Counted from the stretch's first letter, positions 41,037 through 52,291 are shown. The stretch is DNA of 64,000 nt from an uncultured cyanobacterium (GCA_963749915.1 CAVVOP010000020.1:192001-256000), one strand, 5' to 3'. Notes: generated by a model from the letters alone, not told the origin. A program made the numbers and translations.

Positions 41037-44000
41037 ATGAGAGTAACAGAAAGACCCAAATCAGTACAAAAAAAGAATTACTATAAGCTTATTTTTACTA
41101 TCATCGGGTTATTAATCTTATTGTACTTCGGCCTGGTAATTGTTAGTAAAATTTATGCTAATATTTTGTGGTTTAAAGAGGTTAATTATCTTAAAACTTT
41201 CTGGAATTATTCCCTCACCAAGTTGTTTTTATGGCTGATTACTTTTACAATTTCTATCTCTTTTTTATCGAGTAATTTAGCTATTGCAGAAAAGCAAAAA
41301 CAACAACAGAAAAATTTTGCTACTTCTGATAAATCCTTTACAGATAAACAATATTCTCAATCCCCTGAATTAAAATTAAAATACTTATTAGCGATTACCT
41401 TTAGTTTTTCTCTCTTGATTAGCATTAGCATCGTTTACTATACTGAAATTATTAGTAAAATCTATTCCGTCTCCCTTGATTTACCAAATTTAAAATCCCC
41501 TATATCTAAACCGTTTCAATTAAGCATTTTTCAGGAGATAACCAATAATATTTCCCAAGAAGGTTGGCAGATTATATTAATAATTATTTTTCTTAGCTTA
41601 TTACTCTCAAAAACTAAGTTATGGTTAAAAATTATTGCTGTCTACTATAGTATTTTATTTGCCTTTATTTTAGCAGGTTATTGGGGGACATTTTTACAAT
41701 ATATCAATAGTATCCCTTTGAATCATGAAGATCCTATTTTTCATCAAGACCTAAGTTTCTATCTTTTTAAAATTCCTTTTTTACAAATAATCAGCTCATT
41801 ATTACAAGGTCTATTTATTTATACTATTGCAGCAGTTACATTAACTTATTTATTATCTAATAATAGTATTTCAGAAGGAAAATTTAGGGGGTTTTCCCGT
41901 TATCAATTAAGACATTTATATGGTTTAACAGGGTTATTAATGATCATTTTAGCGGTGATTCATTGGTTAAATCGTTACCTCCTTTTACTGTCTCCAGAAG
42001 GAGTTGTTTATGGTGCAGGTTTTACTGATATTCATATTAATTTACCGAGGGAAACCATTGCTAGTATTTATACTTTACTGATGGCAATTTGGTTATTAAT
42101 TAAATCTATTACTGGTTCAGGTAAACGGAATAGATATAATATTAAAAATAAGAATAAAACCATTCTTCCCTTTTCAGTTATCCCTTTTATTTTATATTTT
42201 GGTTTATATTCTTTTGGGCTTTTATTAGGGGTTTTAGTACAAAATATGATTGTACAACCTAACGAATTAGCTTTAGAAAAACCCTATATTGTCCATAATA
42301 TCGAAGAAACAAGGGCGGCTTTTAATTTAAATAAAATTGAAGTAAAAACTTTTAATCCCGAAGGTAATTTAACAGTTAAAGATATCGAAAAAAATTATCT
42401 AACAATTGATAATATCCGTCTTTGGGATACTCGCCCTATTTTACAAGCCAATCGTCAATTACAACAAATTCGCCCTTATTATGTATTTTATGATGCCGAT
42501 ATTGATCGGTATAACATTGAAGTAAAAGGAGATTCAGGAGGAAATCAGGCGATAAACAAACAAGTAATTATTGCGGGAAGGGAATTAGATTCTCAACTGT
42601 TACCATCTCAGGCACAAACTTGGGTAAACCAACACCTAGTCTATACTCATGGTTACGGCTTTACGATGTCTCCTGTTAACCGAGTGGCTGACGGTGGCTT
42701 GCCCTACTATTTTATCAAGGATATTGGCACAGCAGAAGATCCCGGAGAATTAAATACTTCCTCGGAAGAGGTAAGAAAGAGTATTCCTATTTATCGCCCC
42801 CGCATTTATTTCGGTCAAGTTGCTCAAAACTATATAATGACAAATACAAAGGTACCTGAATTTGATTTTCCCAGCGGAGAAGAGAATGTTTATCACACCT
42901 ATGATGGAAAAGGAGGGATTTATCTTAATTCCTTTAGGCGAAAATTTTTATTTTCCCTTTATTTGCGGGATTGGCGTATGTTATTAACCAATAACTTTAC
43001 CCCCGAAACCCGTGTTTTGTTTCGGCGTAACCTTCGGGAAAGATTAGGAGCGATCGCCCCTTTTTTATATTATGATAGAGATACTTATTTAGTCGCCGCA
43101 AAAGGCAATAACGAAGGTTCCAACCATTTATATTGGTTAATAGATGGTTATACCATCTCGGACCATTATCCCTACTCTGATCCAGGAGGTAACAATTTTA
43201 ACTATATCCGCAACTCCGTCAAAGTCTTAATTAATGCCGAACATGGGGACGTTACTTTTTACATTAGCGATGAAGATGACCCCATTATACAGGTATGGAC
43301 AAAAATCTTTCCAGAATTATTCCAGCCATTAAATGCCATGCCTGCGGATATTAAGGAACATATTCGCTACCCTATTGATTTCTTTGACACCCAATCCGAG
43401 AGACTGCTAACTTACCATGTAACTGATCCTCAAGTATTATATAACAGAGAAGACCAATGGCAAGTACCCGAAGAAATGTATGGTAACGAGGCATTATCCG
43501 TGGAACCTTATTATTTAATCATGAAGTTGCCCATTGCTGACAAAGAAGAATTTATTCTGTTACATCCTTATACTCCCATTTCTCGCCCTAATTTAATCGC
43601 ATGGTTAGCCGCTCGATCAGACGATGAAAATTATGGGAAACTGCTACTATATCAGTTTCCTAAACAAAGGTTAGTTTATGGTCCCGATCAAATAGAAGCC
43701 TTAATCAATCAGGATCCTATTATATCTGGTCAAATCTCTCTATGGGATCGACAAGGTTCAAAAGCAATACAAGGACACCTATTAATCATACCTATTGAAG
43801 AATCTTTGTTATATGTAGAGCCGGTGTATCTCGAAGCAGACAAAAATAGTGTACCGACTTTAGCAAGGGTAATTGTGGTTTATGAGAATAAAATCGTTAT
43901 GGCAGAGACATTAAGAAAAGCCTTGGATAAAATTTTCGGTGATCATCAACCAGATGATTCTTCCATTATTCGTTTTCTCCAAAATTCATCTATCAATTAG
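41037..44000 (+). CDS. UPF0182 family membrane protein
   Basis: DPIFHQDLSFYLF, NIRLWD, HLVYTHGYG, PRIYFG, NYIRNSVK, LYVEPVY. Confidence 0.9.
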   Translation: MRVTERPKSVQKKNYYKLIFTIIGLLILLYFGLVIVSKIYANILWFKEVNYLKTFWNYSLTKLFLWLITFTISISFLSSNLAIAEKQKQQQKNFATSDKSFTDKQYSQSPELKLKYLLAITFSFSLLISISIVYYTEIISKIYSVSLDLPNLKSPISKPFQLSIFQEITNNISQEGWQIILIIIFLSLLLSKTKLWLKIIAVYYSILFAFILAGYWGTFLQYINSIPLNHEDPIFHQDLSFYLFKIPFLQIISSLLQGLFIYTIAAVTLTYLLSNNSISEGKFRGFSRYQLRHLYGLTGLLMIILAVIHWLNRYLLLLSPEGVVYGAGFTDIHINLPRETIASIYTLLMAIWLLIKSITGSGKRNRYNIKNKNKTILPFSVIPFILYFGLYSFGLLLGVLVQNMIVQPNELALEKPYIVHNIEETRAAFNLNKIEVKTFNPEGNLTVKDIEKNYLTIDNIRLWDTRPILQANRQLQQIRPYYVFYDADIDRYNIEVKGDSGGNQAINKQVIIAGRELDSQLLPSQAQTWVNQHLVYTHGYGFTMSPVNRVADGGLPYYFIKDIGTAEDPGELNTSSEEVRKSIPIYRPRIYFGQVAQNYIMTNTKVPEFDFPSGEENVYHTYDGKGGIYLNSFRRKFLFSLYLRDWRMLLTNNFTPETRVLFRRNLRERLGAIAPFLYYDRDTYLVAAKGNNEGSNHLYWLIDGYTISDHYPYSDPGGNNFNYIRNSVKVLINAEHGDVTFYISDEDDPIIQVWTKIFPELFQPLNAMPADIKEHIRYPIDFFDTQSERLLTYHVTDPQVLYNREDQWQVPEEMYGNEALSVEPYYLIMKLPIADKEEFILLHPYTPISRPNLIAWLAARSDDENYGKLLLYQFPKQRLVYGPDQIEALINQDPIISGQISLWDRQGSKAIQGHLLIIPIEESLLYVEPVYLEADKNSVPTLARVIVVYENKIVMAETLRKALDKIFGDHQPDDSSIIRFLQNSSIN

Positions 44001-44112
44001 AAATAGCCTCTTAGTGTCAATTCCTGCACCGCGAAGCGGATCCCTCTGGGGTACTGCAAATTGGGTTGGGTTTTCCTAAGCAGTTAATGTTGATAAAATT
44101 ATCCAGAAGATC

Positions 44113-44985
44113 CTAGATATGTATTGTATCATGAAACTTATCATATTCAATATATTTATTACCATTAGGTTCTGTACGAACTACGTCTAAAAAGCGATGA
44201 TTCCATTTGATGTCAGAAGCATAGTAAATATGACGTGCATAAATTGTTTGGGAGAGGGTCGCATCCAATCCCGTGAGGGTAATAAAAAGTTGGTATTCTC
44301 CTGTTAAAAAACTGTCTTCATCGAGAGAAAATAAATAGCTATTCTCATCAATGGAGTGCATGACTACCCATGTTAATGCTAAAAAAGGGCTTTCACTTCT
44401 AACTAAAGGTAAGTCATAAAGACGACGCATTTTATATCCTTCTGAGGTAGTTTCCTCAGGTAATAATAAGCTGACTCTTACTTGTGCTTCCATAATCCAA
44501 TTATTTCGTAAATTGGCAAGTCTAAACATTAAAGTGGGCTTATGATTATATTTGGAAATAACCGCTACGTTACTAAATAAAATCCTAGCAGTAGGGCGAG
44601 AAAATCTAGCAAACATTAAGCTAGTCGCTAAGGCAATTCCTAACAATCCAATTAACACTTCCATAGCTACTAAAATATTAGCGTAGAAAGTTTTCGGATA
44701 CATCGCACCATAGCCAATGGTTGCCATAGTTTGGACACTGAAAGAAAAAGCATCTATAAAGGAATTAGGACGAGCATTCTCGATAACATTATCTCTTGCT
44801 AAATAGGCAAAAGCAAATATTATATTTATAATCAAATATGTAAGGGTAGTTAATCCTAAAAATTGAAGCCAAGTAATGGTTAACAAAAAATGATAAATAT
44901 CGCTTTTATGAAAAAATATTTGCCCTAATTCTACAAATTTTTTACCTTTTTTTCTAACTATTAATAATGATTTCTTTTTTTTCAT
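44113..44985 (-). CDS. Inward-rectifier (KirBac-like) potassium channel
   Basis: FSFSVQTMATIGYG filter, FARFSRP, LTWVVMHSIDENS. Confidence 0.92.
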   Translation of the reverse strand: MKKKKSLLIVRKKGKKFVELGQIFFHKSDIYHFLLTITWLQFLGLTTLTYLIINIIFAFAYLARDNVIENARPNSFIDAFSFSVQTMATIGYGAMYPKTFYANILVAMEVLIGLLGIALATSLMFARFSRPTARILFSNVAVISKYNHKPTLMFRLANLRNNWIMEAQVRVSLLLPEETTSEGYKMRRLYDLPLVRSESPFLALTWVVMHSIDENSYLFSLDEDSFLTGEYQLFITLTGLDATLSQTIYARHIYYASDIKWNHRFLDVVRTEPNGNKYIEYDKFHDTIHI

Positions 44986-45004
44986 TTTCCATAGCCTTTT
45001 CTTT

Positions 45005-45047
45005 AATAATTAATTAATTAATAATTAATAATTAATAATTAATAATT
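45005..45047 (+). repeat. AT-only heptamer tandem repeats (TAATTAA-type)
   Basis: Read directly. Similar STRR tracts at ~53235-53286, 56276-56302 and 62343-62370. Confidence 0.75.
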
Positions 45048-45121
45048 TTAAAATTTCTCCTAGTCTCCTATGTCTCCTACCCCCATTCAAAATCTTAGGA
45101 TTCCAATAGGATTACTATATA

Positions 45122-46393
45122 TTAACTTTTTAGGGAAGAAATACGGTGTCCGATGTCTCGGCGGTAATACATTCCCTCAAATTTGATTTTTTCCACCGCC
45201 TGATAAGCCAAAGCAATGGCACTTTTAAAATCAGCACCTCGACTTGTCACCCCTAAAACCCTACCGCCATCAGTGAGAATAGTTTGATCTACCAACTTAG
45301 TACCGGCATGAAATACTATTGAACCTTGCGTTTCCGCTTCAGGGATACCCGTAATTACTTTCCCTTTTTCATAACTACCTGGATAACCTCCGGCGGCAAT
45401 AACGACACAAACACAACTACCTTTATGCCATTCCAAAGACGGTAAATCTACCAATCTTTGTTGTGCACAAGCCAATAATACCTCTGCAAAAGGGGTTTTT
45501 AATATCGGTAACACTGCTTGAGTTTCAGGATCGCCAAAACGACAGTTGAACTCCAAAGTTTTCGGGTCGCCTTCGGGAGTAATCATCAATCCTGCATATA
45601 AGACCCCACGATAATCAATACCCCGTTTTTGTAATTCCCTCAAAGTCGGTTCTAAAATTTCTTTGGTAATGCGATCGCCTAATTCATCATTAACTAAAGG
45701 AGTGGGAGCGTAAGCACCCATGCCACCAGTATTAGCACCCATGTCACCTTCCCCAATTTGTTTATGATCTTGGGCGGGGATTAGAGGACGAATTGTTACC
45801 CCATCCGTTAGAGCTAAAACGGACACTTCCTGACCTGTTAGAAACTCCTCGATGACCACCTTGCCGAAGTTTTGGGCAAAAAGTTCCTCCATCGCCTCCA
45901 AAGCCTTATCCTGACTCATCGCCACGATTACCCCTTTTCCTGCCGCCAATCCATCAGCCTTAACAACAATGGGTGCACCTTCTTGCAGAATATAATTTTT
46001 CGCCCCCTCTCGATCAGTAAAAGTTGCCGATTTAGCCGTAGGAATACCCCCAGCAATCATCAAATCCTTTGCCCATGACTTACTCGCCTCAATAGTCGCC
46101 CCTGCCTTATTTGGACCGAAAACTTTTATATTATGGGGTTGTAAATAATCGGTAATTCCCAAAGATAAAGGCAATTCTGGGCCTACTACCACTAAATCAA
46201 TAGCCTTTTCCTGGATTAACTTTAAAATACCCTCAAAATCATCAACAGCGATCGCTATATTTTCACAATTTCTCAACACAGCAGTTCCACCATTACCCGG
46301 AGTACAAAAAACCCTTTCTACTCCATCAGATTGTAATATTTTCCATGCCAAAGCGTGTTCTCTACCGCCAGCACCGACAACTAAAACTTTCAC
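45122..46393 (-). CDS. purD: Phosphoribosylamine-glycine ligase
   Basis: GAGGREHAL, KADGLAAGKGV, NTGGMGAYAP, EFNCRFGDPE. Confidence 0.97.
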   Translation of the reverse strand: MKVLVVGAGGREHALAWKILQSDGVERVFCTPGNGGTAVLRNCENIAIAVDDFEGILKLIQEKAIDLVVVGPELPLSLGITDYLQPHNIKVFGPNKAGATIEASKSWAKDLMIAGGIPTAKSATFTDREGAKNYILQEGAPIVVKADGLAAGKGVIVAMSQDKALEAMEELFAQNFGKVVIEEFLTGQEVSVLALTDGVTIRPLIPAQDHKQIGEGDMGANTGGMGAYAPTPLVNDELGDRITKEILEPTLRELQKRGIDYRGVLYAGLMITPEGDPKTLEFNCRFGDPETQAVLPILKTPFAEVLLACAQQRLVDLPSLEWHKGSCVCVVIAAGGYPGSYEKGKVITGIPEAETQGSIVFHAGTKLVDQTILTDGGRVLGVTSRGADFKSAIALAYQAVEKIKFEGMYYRRDIGHRISSLKS

Positions 46394-46508
46394 TGTTATC
46401 TCAAACCTCTTTCATGAATACCGCTGTTAATTGTAGCGGAAAACAATGGGTAAAAAGCAAAAGTAAAAATGAAAAATTAATTCACTCTATCGTCAGGGCT
46501 AAATATTC

Positions 46509-48041
46509 TTAAAAAACTTTCCACCAACGGCGACTACCATCAGGGAAAACTGTATTCCAATTAATTTTGGCATTTTTTAATTGTTGTTGATTAATTTTGG
46601 CATTTTTCAAATTAGCATCACATAAATTAGCATTATTTAAATTAGCATTGGTAAAATCAGCACTACCCAAATTTGCACTTTTAAAATCAGCATTCTCTAA
46701 ATTACATTTTGCAAAATATCCTTGAATAGCATTAGCATCACTTAAATTGGCATTACTTAAATTCGCACCATAAAAATTGGCCTGAGACAAATTAGTATCT
46801 ACCAAAATAATTCCTTCTAATTGACCATAACGAAAAAGACATTTATTCAACTTACTACCCTGTAAATTCAAACCTCGTAAATCTTGATTACTAAAGTCTT
46901 TTTTACCGTTATTTAAAGCTGTTAAAAATTTATCTTTATCCCACTTCATTGAGAGATTTTTCTTCTGTGTATTACTACGCCTTCTTTGAATAGCTTTCTG
47001 GATTTTTTCAGTGGTAGAAGTGCTTTTGGTTACCTCTGTCTTACTATCGTCACCAATGCTAATTGCTAGTTGACTTAAATCAATCTTATTCTTTTTGGAA
47101 ATTTGATTGCCAAGAATATTTTGGCTTAAACTTTGTTGAAAAGGTTGAATATTAAGAGCTTCAATTAACTCATCAATGGTTTTATAACGTTCACGGGCAT
47201 CTTGAGCTAACATTTTTTGAATAACTTTGATCAAACCACCGCTAATATTAATCTCTTCCTGCCAAAGTAACTGTCCTGTATCGGGATCAATATCAAATTT
47301 TTTCGGTGATTTACCCGTAACCAAATAAACACAAGTTGCCCCTAAGGCATAAATATCACTGGAGTATATCGGACGCATCGCCAACTGTTCGGGGGGTGCA
47401 TAGCCCATTGTCCCGACGGAAAACTTTGTTAAAGCCGTTTGTCCAAAGGTTTTCGCCAATTGAGTATTTACCTGATCTTTAACCGCTCCAAAATCAATTA
47501 ATACTAATTTACCATCTTTTTTTTGTCTTAAGATATTAGCAGGTTTAATGTCTCGGTGAATAACTTTTTCTGAATGAAGATATTTAAGAATAGGGGTAAT
47601 TTCCTCCAAAAACCTCCTCAGGGAGATTTCTCCATAAACCCCTTGAGTTTTTATTTCACGCTGTAAATTTTCACCGTTAATCAATTCTTGAATAAGATAA
47701 AATTTTCCCTGATCCGTAAAATAATTCATTAACTTCGGTATTTGAGGATGACTGATTTTACCTAAAGTTTTGGCTTCCCTCTCAAATAAACTAATAGCAA
47801 CTTTTAGCCCTTGAGGATCATCCCCCATAGGGCGTAACTGTTTTACAACACATAAAGGATCACCTACTACTGTTAAATCTACCCCAATAAAAGTTGCACC
47901 AAAACCACCTTTTCCTAACATTTTAATCACTCGATAGCGATTATTTAAAATTAGATTGGAATTACAAGTATAACACTTCTTCAATTTAGGATGATTTTTT
48001 GGTTGAGGACAATTAGGGTTAACACAGTAACTAATAATCAT
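46509..48041 (-). CDS. Ser/Thr kinase with N-terminal 4-Cys motif and C-terminal pentapeptide repeats (SpkB-like, copy 2)
   Basis: YCVNPNC..CYTC, GKGGFG, HRDIKPAN, DFG, pentapeptides, NWNTVFPDG. Confidence 0.88.
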   Translation of the reverse strand: MIISYCVNPNCPQPKNHPKLKKCYTCNSNLILNNRYRVIKMLGKGGFGATFIGVDLTVVGDPLCVVKQLRPMGDDPQGLKVAISLFEREAKTLGKISHPQIPKLMNYFTDQGKFYLIQELINGENLQREIKTQGVYGEISLRRFLEEITPILKYLHSEKVIHRDIKPANILRQKKDGKLVLIDFGAVKDQVNTQLAKTFGQTALTKFSVGTMGYAPPEQLAMRPIYSSDIYALGATCVYLVTGKSPKKFDIDPDTGQLLWQEEINISGGLIKVIQKMLAQDARERYKTIDELIEALNIQPFQQSLSQNILGNQISKKNKIDLSQLAISIGDDSKTEVTKSTSTTEKIQKAIQRRRSNTQKKNLSMKWDKDKFLTALNNGKKDFSNQDLRGLNLQGSKLNKCLFRYGQLEGIILVDTNLSQANFYGANLSNANLSDANAIQGYFAKCNLENADFKSANLGSADFTNANLNNANLCDANLKNAKINQQQLKNAKINWNTVFPDGSRRWWKVF

Positions 48042-48253
48042 TATTTTGCGATCGATTGTTGTGGGGTCAATAATAAAAGTTCGGATTTTTAAGGATAAGT
48101 AATAAATGTTCCCTGTTATCTATTGCTTATAATATCAAATCTGGTTGACTGGTCATAATTATGATCCCATTAAATTAGGAATTGGAGGCAATTTTCATTA
48201 CTGGTATTTAACCAGATTTGACATTAGCGATTGTTTTCTTCATTGTTCATTGC

Positions 48254-49777
48254 CTACAGCCATCGTCTCTTACCGTTGGGGAAAATAGTGCGCCAATTGA
48301 CTTTCGCAGTTTTGAGTTGTTCGTCATCGATTTTTGCACCTTTAAGATTTGCCCCGATTAAATTAGCTTCTTTTAAAATAGCATTATTAAGATTGGCGTT
48401 CGTTAAATCTGCACCTTGTAAATCAGCATTTTTCAAATTGGCTTTATATAATTCTGCCCGTCTTAAATTAGCTTCTTTAAGATTTGCCTGTGCCAAATTA
48501 GCATTATAAAAATTAGTACGATAAAGATTCGCTTTTTGTAAATTAGTGCCGATTAATTTGCTTTGGGAAAAACTGGCCCCAGATAACTTTAAACCTTGTA
48601 AATCTAATTCGTTTAACATCTGTTGACTAAAGTTACGATCTCCCTGACGATAAGATTGAATAACGATTTCTCGGGTTAATTCTAATTTAGGCTGACTCGG
48701 AGGCACAGTATTTGCAAGATTTTTAGATGATGAAGTATTTGCACTTAACTTTTCCTTTCGTTTTCTAATAGCATCCGCCAAATTCTGAGAAGTAGGATCA
48801 ACAATCTTTATATCTTTATCCTCATCCGTGGAATCTTTACCCATACTTAAATTAACCATATTTTCGGCTAACTCTTGTTCATAGGGAACTAACTCTAAGG
48901 CTTTAATGACTTCATCCGCTGAGGCAAAACGTTTACGCACATCTAATTCAAGCATTTTATTCAAAACCCTAGCAAAAGTAGCACTAACGTTAGTTTGTTT
49001 TTCCCATGCCAATTCTCCCGTTCTGTCATCACATAAATCCTTAGGTGCTTTTCCTGTCAATAGGAAAAGACAAGTTGCGGCTAAAGCGTAAATATCACTA
49101 GAATATACTGGACGCATGGCCAATTGTTCCGGCGGTGCAAATCCCATGGTACCGACAGAAATTTTCGTAAAGGCACTTAGGGGATTTTGGTTCATTAATT
49201 GAGTGTTAGCCTGTTCTTTTACTGCTCCAAAATCTATTAAAAATAGTTTGTCAGTTTCCTTTTCCCGCAGGATATTTCCGGGCTTAATATCTCTATGGAT
49301 TACTTTTTGATCATGAATATATTTTAATACCGGTAAAATATTACGCAGAAACTCTTTCGCCGAACTTTCTTGATAAATTCCACCTTTTTTGATCTCTTTT
49401 TCTAAATCTTTACCCAAAACAAAATTTTGAATTAAATAAAATTGTTCGTTTTCCTCAAAGTAATCCAATAATTTCGGTATTTGAGGGTGATCTAATTTCG
49501 CAAGAGTTTTGGCTTCCCTAGCAAATAAATCTAAGGCTGTGCGGTGAGATTCGGGATTGGCAGTGGCAAGTTCGAGTTGTTTTACCACACAATAACAATT
49601 TTTTTGTCCCATATCTACGGCTAGATAAGTTGTCCCAAAACCACCCCTACCAATTTTTTTGACAGCCACATAGCGTTTATGAAGTATTAAATTCGACTGA
49701 CAACTTCGACATTTTTTAGTTTTCGTATCATTTTTGGGATCCTCACAATGGGGGTTTAGGCAATAAATAAGGCTCAT
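48254..49777 (-). CDS. Ser/Thr kinase with N-terminal 4-Cys motif and C-terminal pentapeptide repeats (SpkB-like, copy 1)
   Basis: YCLNPHC..CRSC, GRGGFG, HRDIKPGN, DFG, pentapeptides, NWRTIFPNG. Confidence 0.88.
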   Translation of the reverse strand: MSLIYCLNPHCEDPKNDTKTKKCRSCQSNLILHKRYVAVKKIGRGGFGTTYLAVDMGQKNCYCVVKQLELATANPESHRTALDLFAREAKTLAKLDHPQIPKLLDYFEENEQFYLIQNFVLGKDLEKEIKKGGIYQESSAKEFLRNILPVLKYIHDQKVIHRDIKPGNILREKETDKLFLIDFGAVKEQANTQLMNQNPLSAFTKISVGTMGFAPPEQLAMRPVYSSDIYALAATCLFLLTGKAPKDLCDDRTGELAWEKQTNVSATFARVLNKMLELDVRKRFASADEVIKALELVPYEQELAENMVNLSMGKDSTDEDKDIKIVDPTSQNLADAIRKRKEKLSANTSSSKNLANTVPPSQPKLELTREIVIQSYRQGDRNFSQQMLNELDLQGLKLSGASFSQSKLIGTNLQKANLYRTNFYNANLAQANLKEANLRRAELYKANLKNADLQGADLTNANLNNAILKEANLIGANLKGAKIDDEQLKTAKVNWRTIFPNGKRRWL

Positions 49778-49862
49778 CCACTCTCGTTTCTCCAGTGAGT
49801 TAATTTTGATTGATTATTAATCTAGGCAAGTAACTATAGTTTATCGTAATTTTTCAAGACCA

Positions 49863-49903
49863 AGAATAACTTTACCAAAACTTTATTTAGTAACTGATGT
49901 TAC
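49863..49903 (-). promoter_or_regulatory. Putative NtcA-dependent promoter of the kinase pair
   Basis: GTA-ACTGATGT-TAC at 49890-49903, 21 nt from a - strand TATTCT (49868-49863). Confidence 0.55.
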
Positions 49904-50031
49904 GCCGCTTTGAATAGCTGTAGGTCATTCATGGCCTCTCGAAGGGCTTTTACCCGGAATCTTGTTCCAGCAAATTGGGTTAACATTATCATAAAATAAG
50001 AATTATTTATTGCAGAGAAAATAGGATAAAT

Positions 50032-51726
50032 ATGCTATCAAGAATATATCTCCGTGTGATCGATAACGTCGGTGAATGGAATCCTCAATTATTCCGAGAA
50101 GTGAAAGGCAGATTAACGCCGAAAACCATTACCATTGTTTCTTTGGCCTCCATCATAGGGCAGTTTTTACTATATCTCTACTTTGAAGGAATATTACCCA
50201 CCGCAGAAGGAAGTTATAGTCGCTATTGTACCACGACGACAGGGACAGATTTATCTTATTCATCAAAATTTGGTATCTGTGGTAAGGATTTGTTAGGCAA
50301 TTTACAAATGATCAAAGAATTATGGTGGTTAGATTTATTTATCACCATGAGTGTAATAGGAGTTTTTATTCTCCTTGTCGTTGGTAGTTATATGTTAATT
50401 GTTGATGTTTCTAAAGAAAACACAAGGAACACTCTTAATTTTATTCGCCTCACTCCCCAATCAGCCATGACGATTTTAGGCGGCAAAATGCTAGGAGTAC
50501 CAATTTTAGTCTATTTATTTGGTATTTTGGCGATTCCTCTACATTTAATGGCAGGTTTAAAGGCTAATATTTCTTTTCCCTTGATCATCGGTTTTTATCT
50601 CCTCTTAGGGGTTAGTTGTTTATTTTTCTATACCGTCAGTTTATTATTTAGTTTGGTTTCTCATGGCTTGGGGAATTTTCAAGGATGGTTTGGAAGTATG
50701 GCAATTTTCTTCTTCTTATCTACCATGACAGGAGTTATTTTTGAGGCAAAAAATTTTAGTACTACTTCTCTAGATTGGATTATCCTTTTCAATCCTATGG
50801 TATTTTTACCCTATTTAGTGAAATCAACCTTTCTCTCTCCCGGTACCATCGGTTATTTATCTTTAAAAGGATTGAATAACCTCAACTGGTATGGGAACTT
50901 TTGGTGGCAAAACAATATGGTTGGTTTAATGTTAATTATCGCCAATTATGGAATTTGGACATTTTGGTTATGGCAAGGAATCAAGCGTCGTTTTCACAAT
51001 CCTTCTGACACTGTCATTTCCAAATATCATAGTTATCTGATTTCCATTTGTTTTATAGTTTTCAATGTCGGATTTAGCTTGCAAGAAATTAACTCTTATT
51101 CATCCCCTGATGAGAAACTAATCAGTTTACAAGTATTTAACTTTTTCTTTTTCTTGTTACTAATTGGTGCTTTAACACCCCATCGTCAAAGTTTGCAAGA
51201 TTGGTCACGTTTTCGTCACGAAAATTCTTCCCATCATCCAAATATCATCACCGATTTACTATTAGGAGAAAAAAGTCCTTCCCCTTTAGCAATTGCGGCT
51301 AATATAGGCATAGTCACCTTATATTTGATTCCGGCGGTATTGATTTTTCCTTTTCAGGAAAGTAAATTGTCGATATTAACAGGATTATTCTTAGGTGCAA
51401 CTATGATGATAATATATGCCACAGTATTTCAATTGTTATTGATGGTGAAAAGCCAAAAAAGAAACTTCATTGCTAGTGGTGTAATTAGTGCTTTAATTTT
51501 TAGCCCCTTTTTCGGTTTAATTATTCTGGGACAAAGTCACCGAAGTTTTCCCTTCATCTGGTTATTTTCTGCTTTTCCTTTAGTTAGCAGTAGTCAGGTG
51601 ACTATTTTCCCTGTCATGGGAAGTTTACTCACTCAAATTATGGTAATTATCGGTGTTAACTATCAATTAAAAAAAGTCTTAAACAAAGCCGGAGTATCAG
51701 AAACGAAAATTTTGTTAGAAAATTGA
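50032..51726 (+). CDS. ABC-2-type permease-like polytopic membrane protein
   Basis: NPQLFRE.KGR, LNFIRLTPQS...GGKMLG; more than 10 TM helices; no ATPase gene adjacent. Confidence 0.6.
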   Translation: MLSRIYLRVIDNVGEWNPQLFREVKGRLTPKTITIVSLASIIGQFLLYLYFEGILPTAEGSYSRYCTTTTGTDLSYSSKFGICGKDLLGNLQMIKELWWLDLFITMSVIGVFILLVVGSYMLIVDVSKENTRNTLNFIRLTPQSAMTILGGKMLGVPILVYLFGILAIPLHLMAGLKANISFPLIIGFYLLLGVSCLFFYTVSLLFSLVSHGLGNFQGWFGSMAIFFFLSTMTGVIFEAKNFSTTSLDWIILFNPMVFLPYLVKSTFLSPGTIGYLSLKGLNNLNWYGNFWWQNNMVGLMLIIANYGIWTFWLWQGIKRRFHNPSDTVISKYHSYLISICFIVFNVGFSLQEINSYSSPDEKLISLQVFNFFFFLLLIGALTPHRQSLQDWSRFRHENSSHHPNIITDLLLGEKSPSPLAIAANIGIVTLYLIPAVLIFPFQESKLSILTGLFLGATMMIIYATVFQLLLMVKSQKRNFIASGVISALIFSPFFGLIILGQSHRSFPFIWLFSAFPLVSSSQVTIFPVMGSLLTQIMVIIGVNYQLKKVLNKAGVSETKILLEN

Positions 51727-51798
51727 ATCTTCTCGCAGTATTCACTTAGATCCTGCCTTAAGTTAAAATCCACTGGTGAAGGTCGGGAATAATGAACG

Positions 51799-51822
51799 AA
51801 AAAAAGACGGTGTAAAACCGTC
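51799..51822 (-). terminator. Terminator of petE
   Basis: GACGGT / ACCGTC stem with an A7 run on its left (U-tract on the - strand). Confidence 0.65.
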
Positions 51823-51885
51823 CGAATGAATATTTATTAATAATAACTATTGTCTATTGATCATTCCCCGACTTCTGCAAGAAGT

Positions 51886-52257
51886 TTATTGTACTGTTAC
51901 AGTACCTACCATACCGGCACCACGATGAGGTTCACAGTAGTAAGGATATTCGCCGGGTTCAGTAAAAGTAACCTCAAAAGATTCACCAGGGGAGAATGCT
52001 AAACCCTTATGGCTTAATTTATCAGCATTTTTTACAGAACTTTCAAAAACTACATTATGAGGAGCTAATTTATTATTTACCCATTTCACAGTGTCACCAG
52101 CTTTGATGGTTATTTTCGCAGGTTGAAATCCTAACGCTCCATTATCAGCACCCATTTTTACCTCCACAGTGTCAGCCTGAGCCGGGTTTATGGCTGAGAA
52201 CATCATGGTAATAGCCAACAATAAGGAAGATAAGAATAAACCCAATTTTTTAGTCAT
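51886..52257 (-). CDS. petE: Plastocyanin
   Basis: Signal peptide ending AQA; PHNVVF and [11 protein letters not shown] type-1 Cu ligands. Confidence 0.97.
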   Translation of the reverse strand: MTKKLGLFLSSLLLAITMMFSAINPAQADTVEVKMGADNGALGFQPAKITIKAGDTVKWVNNKLAPHNVVFESSVKNADKLSHKGLAFSPGESFEVTFTEPGEYPYYCEPHRGAGMVGTVTVQ

Positions 52258-52291
52258 GTGTGTATTAATTAATTCGTTCTAATTTTTTTCC

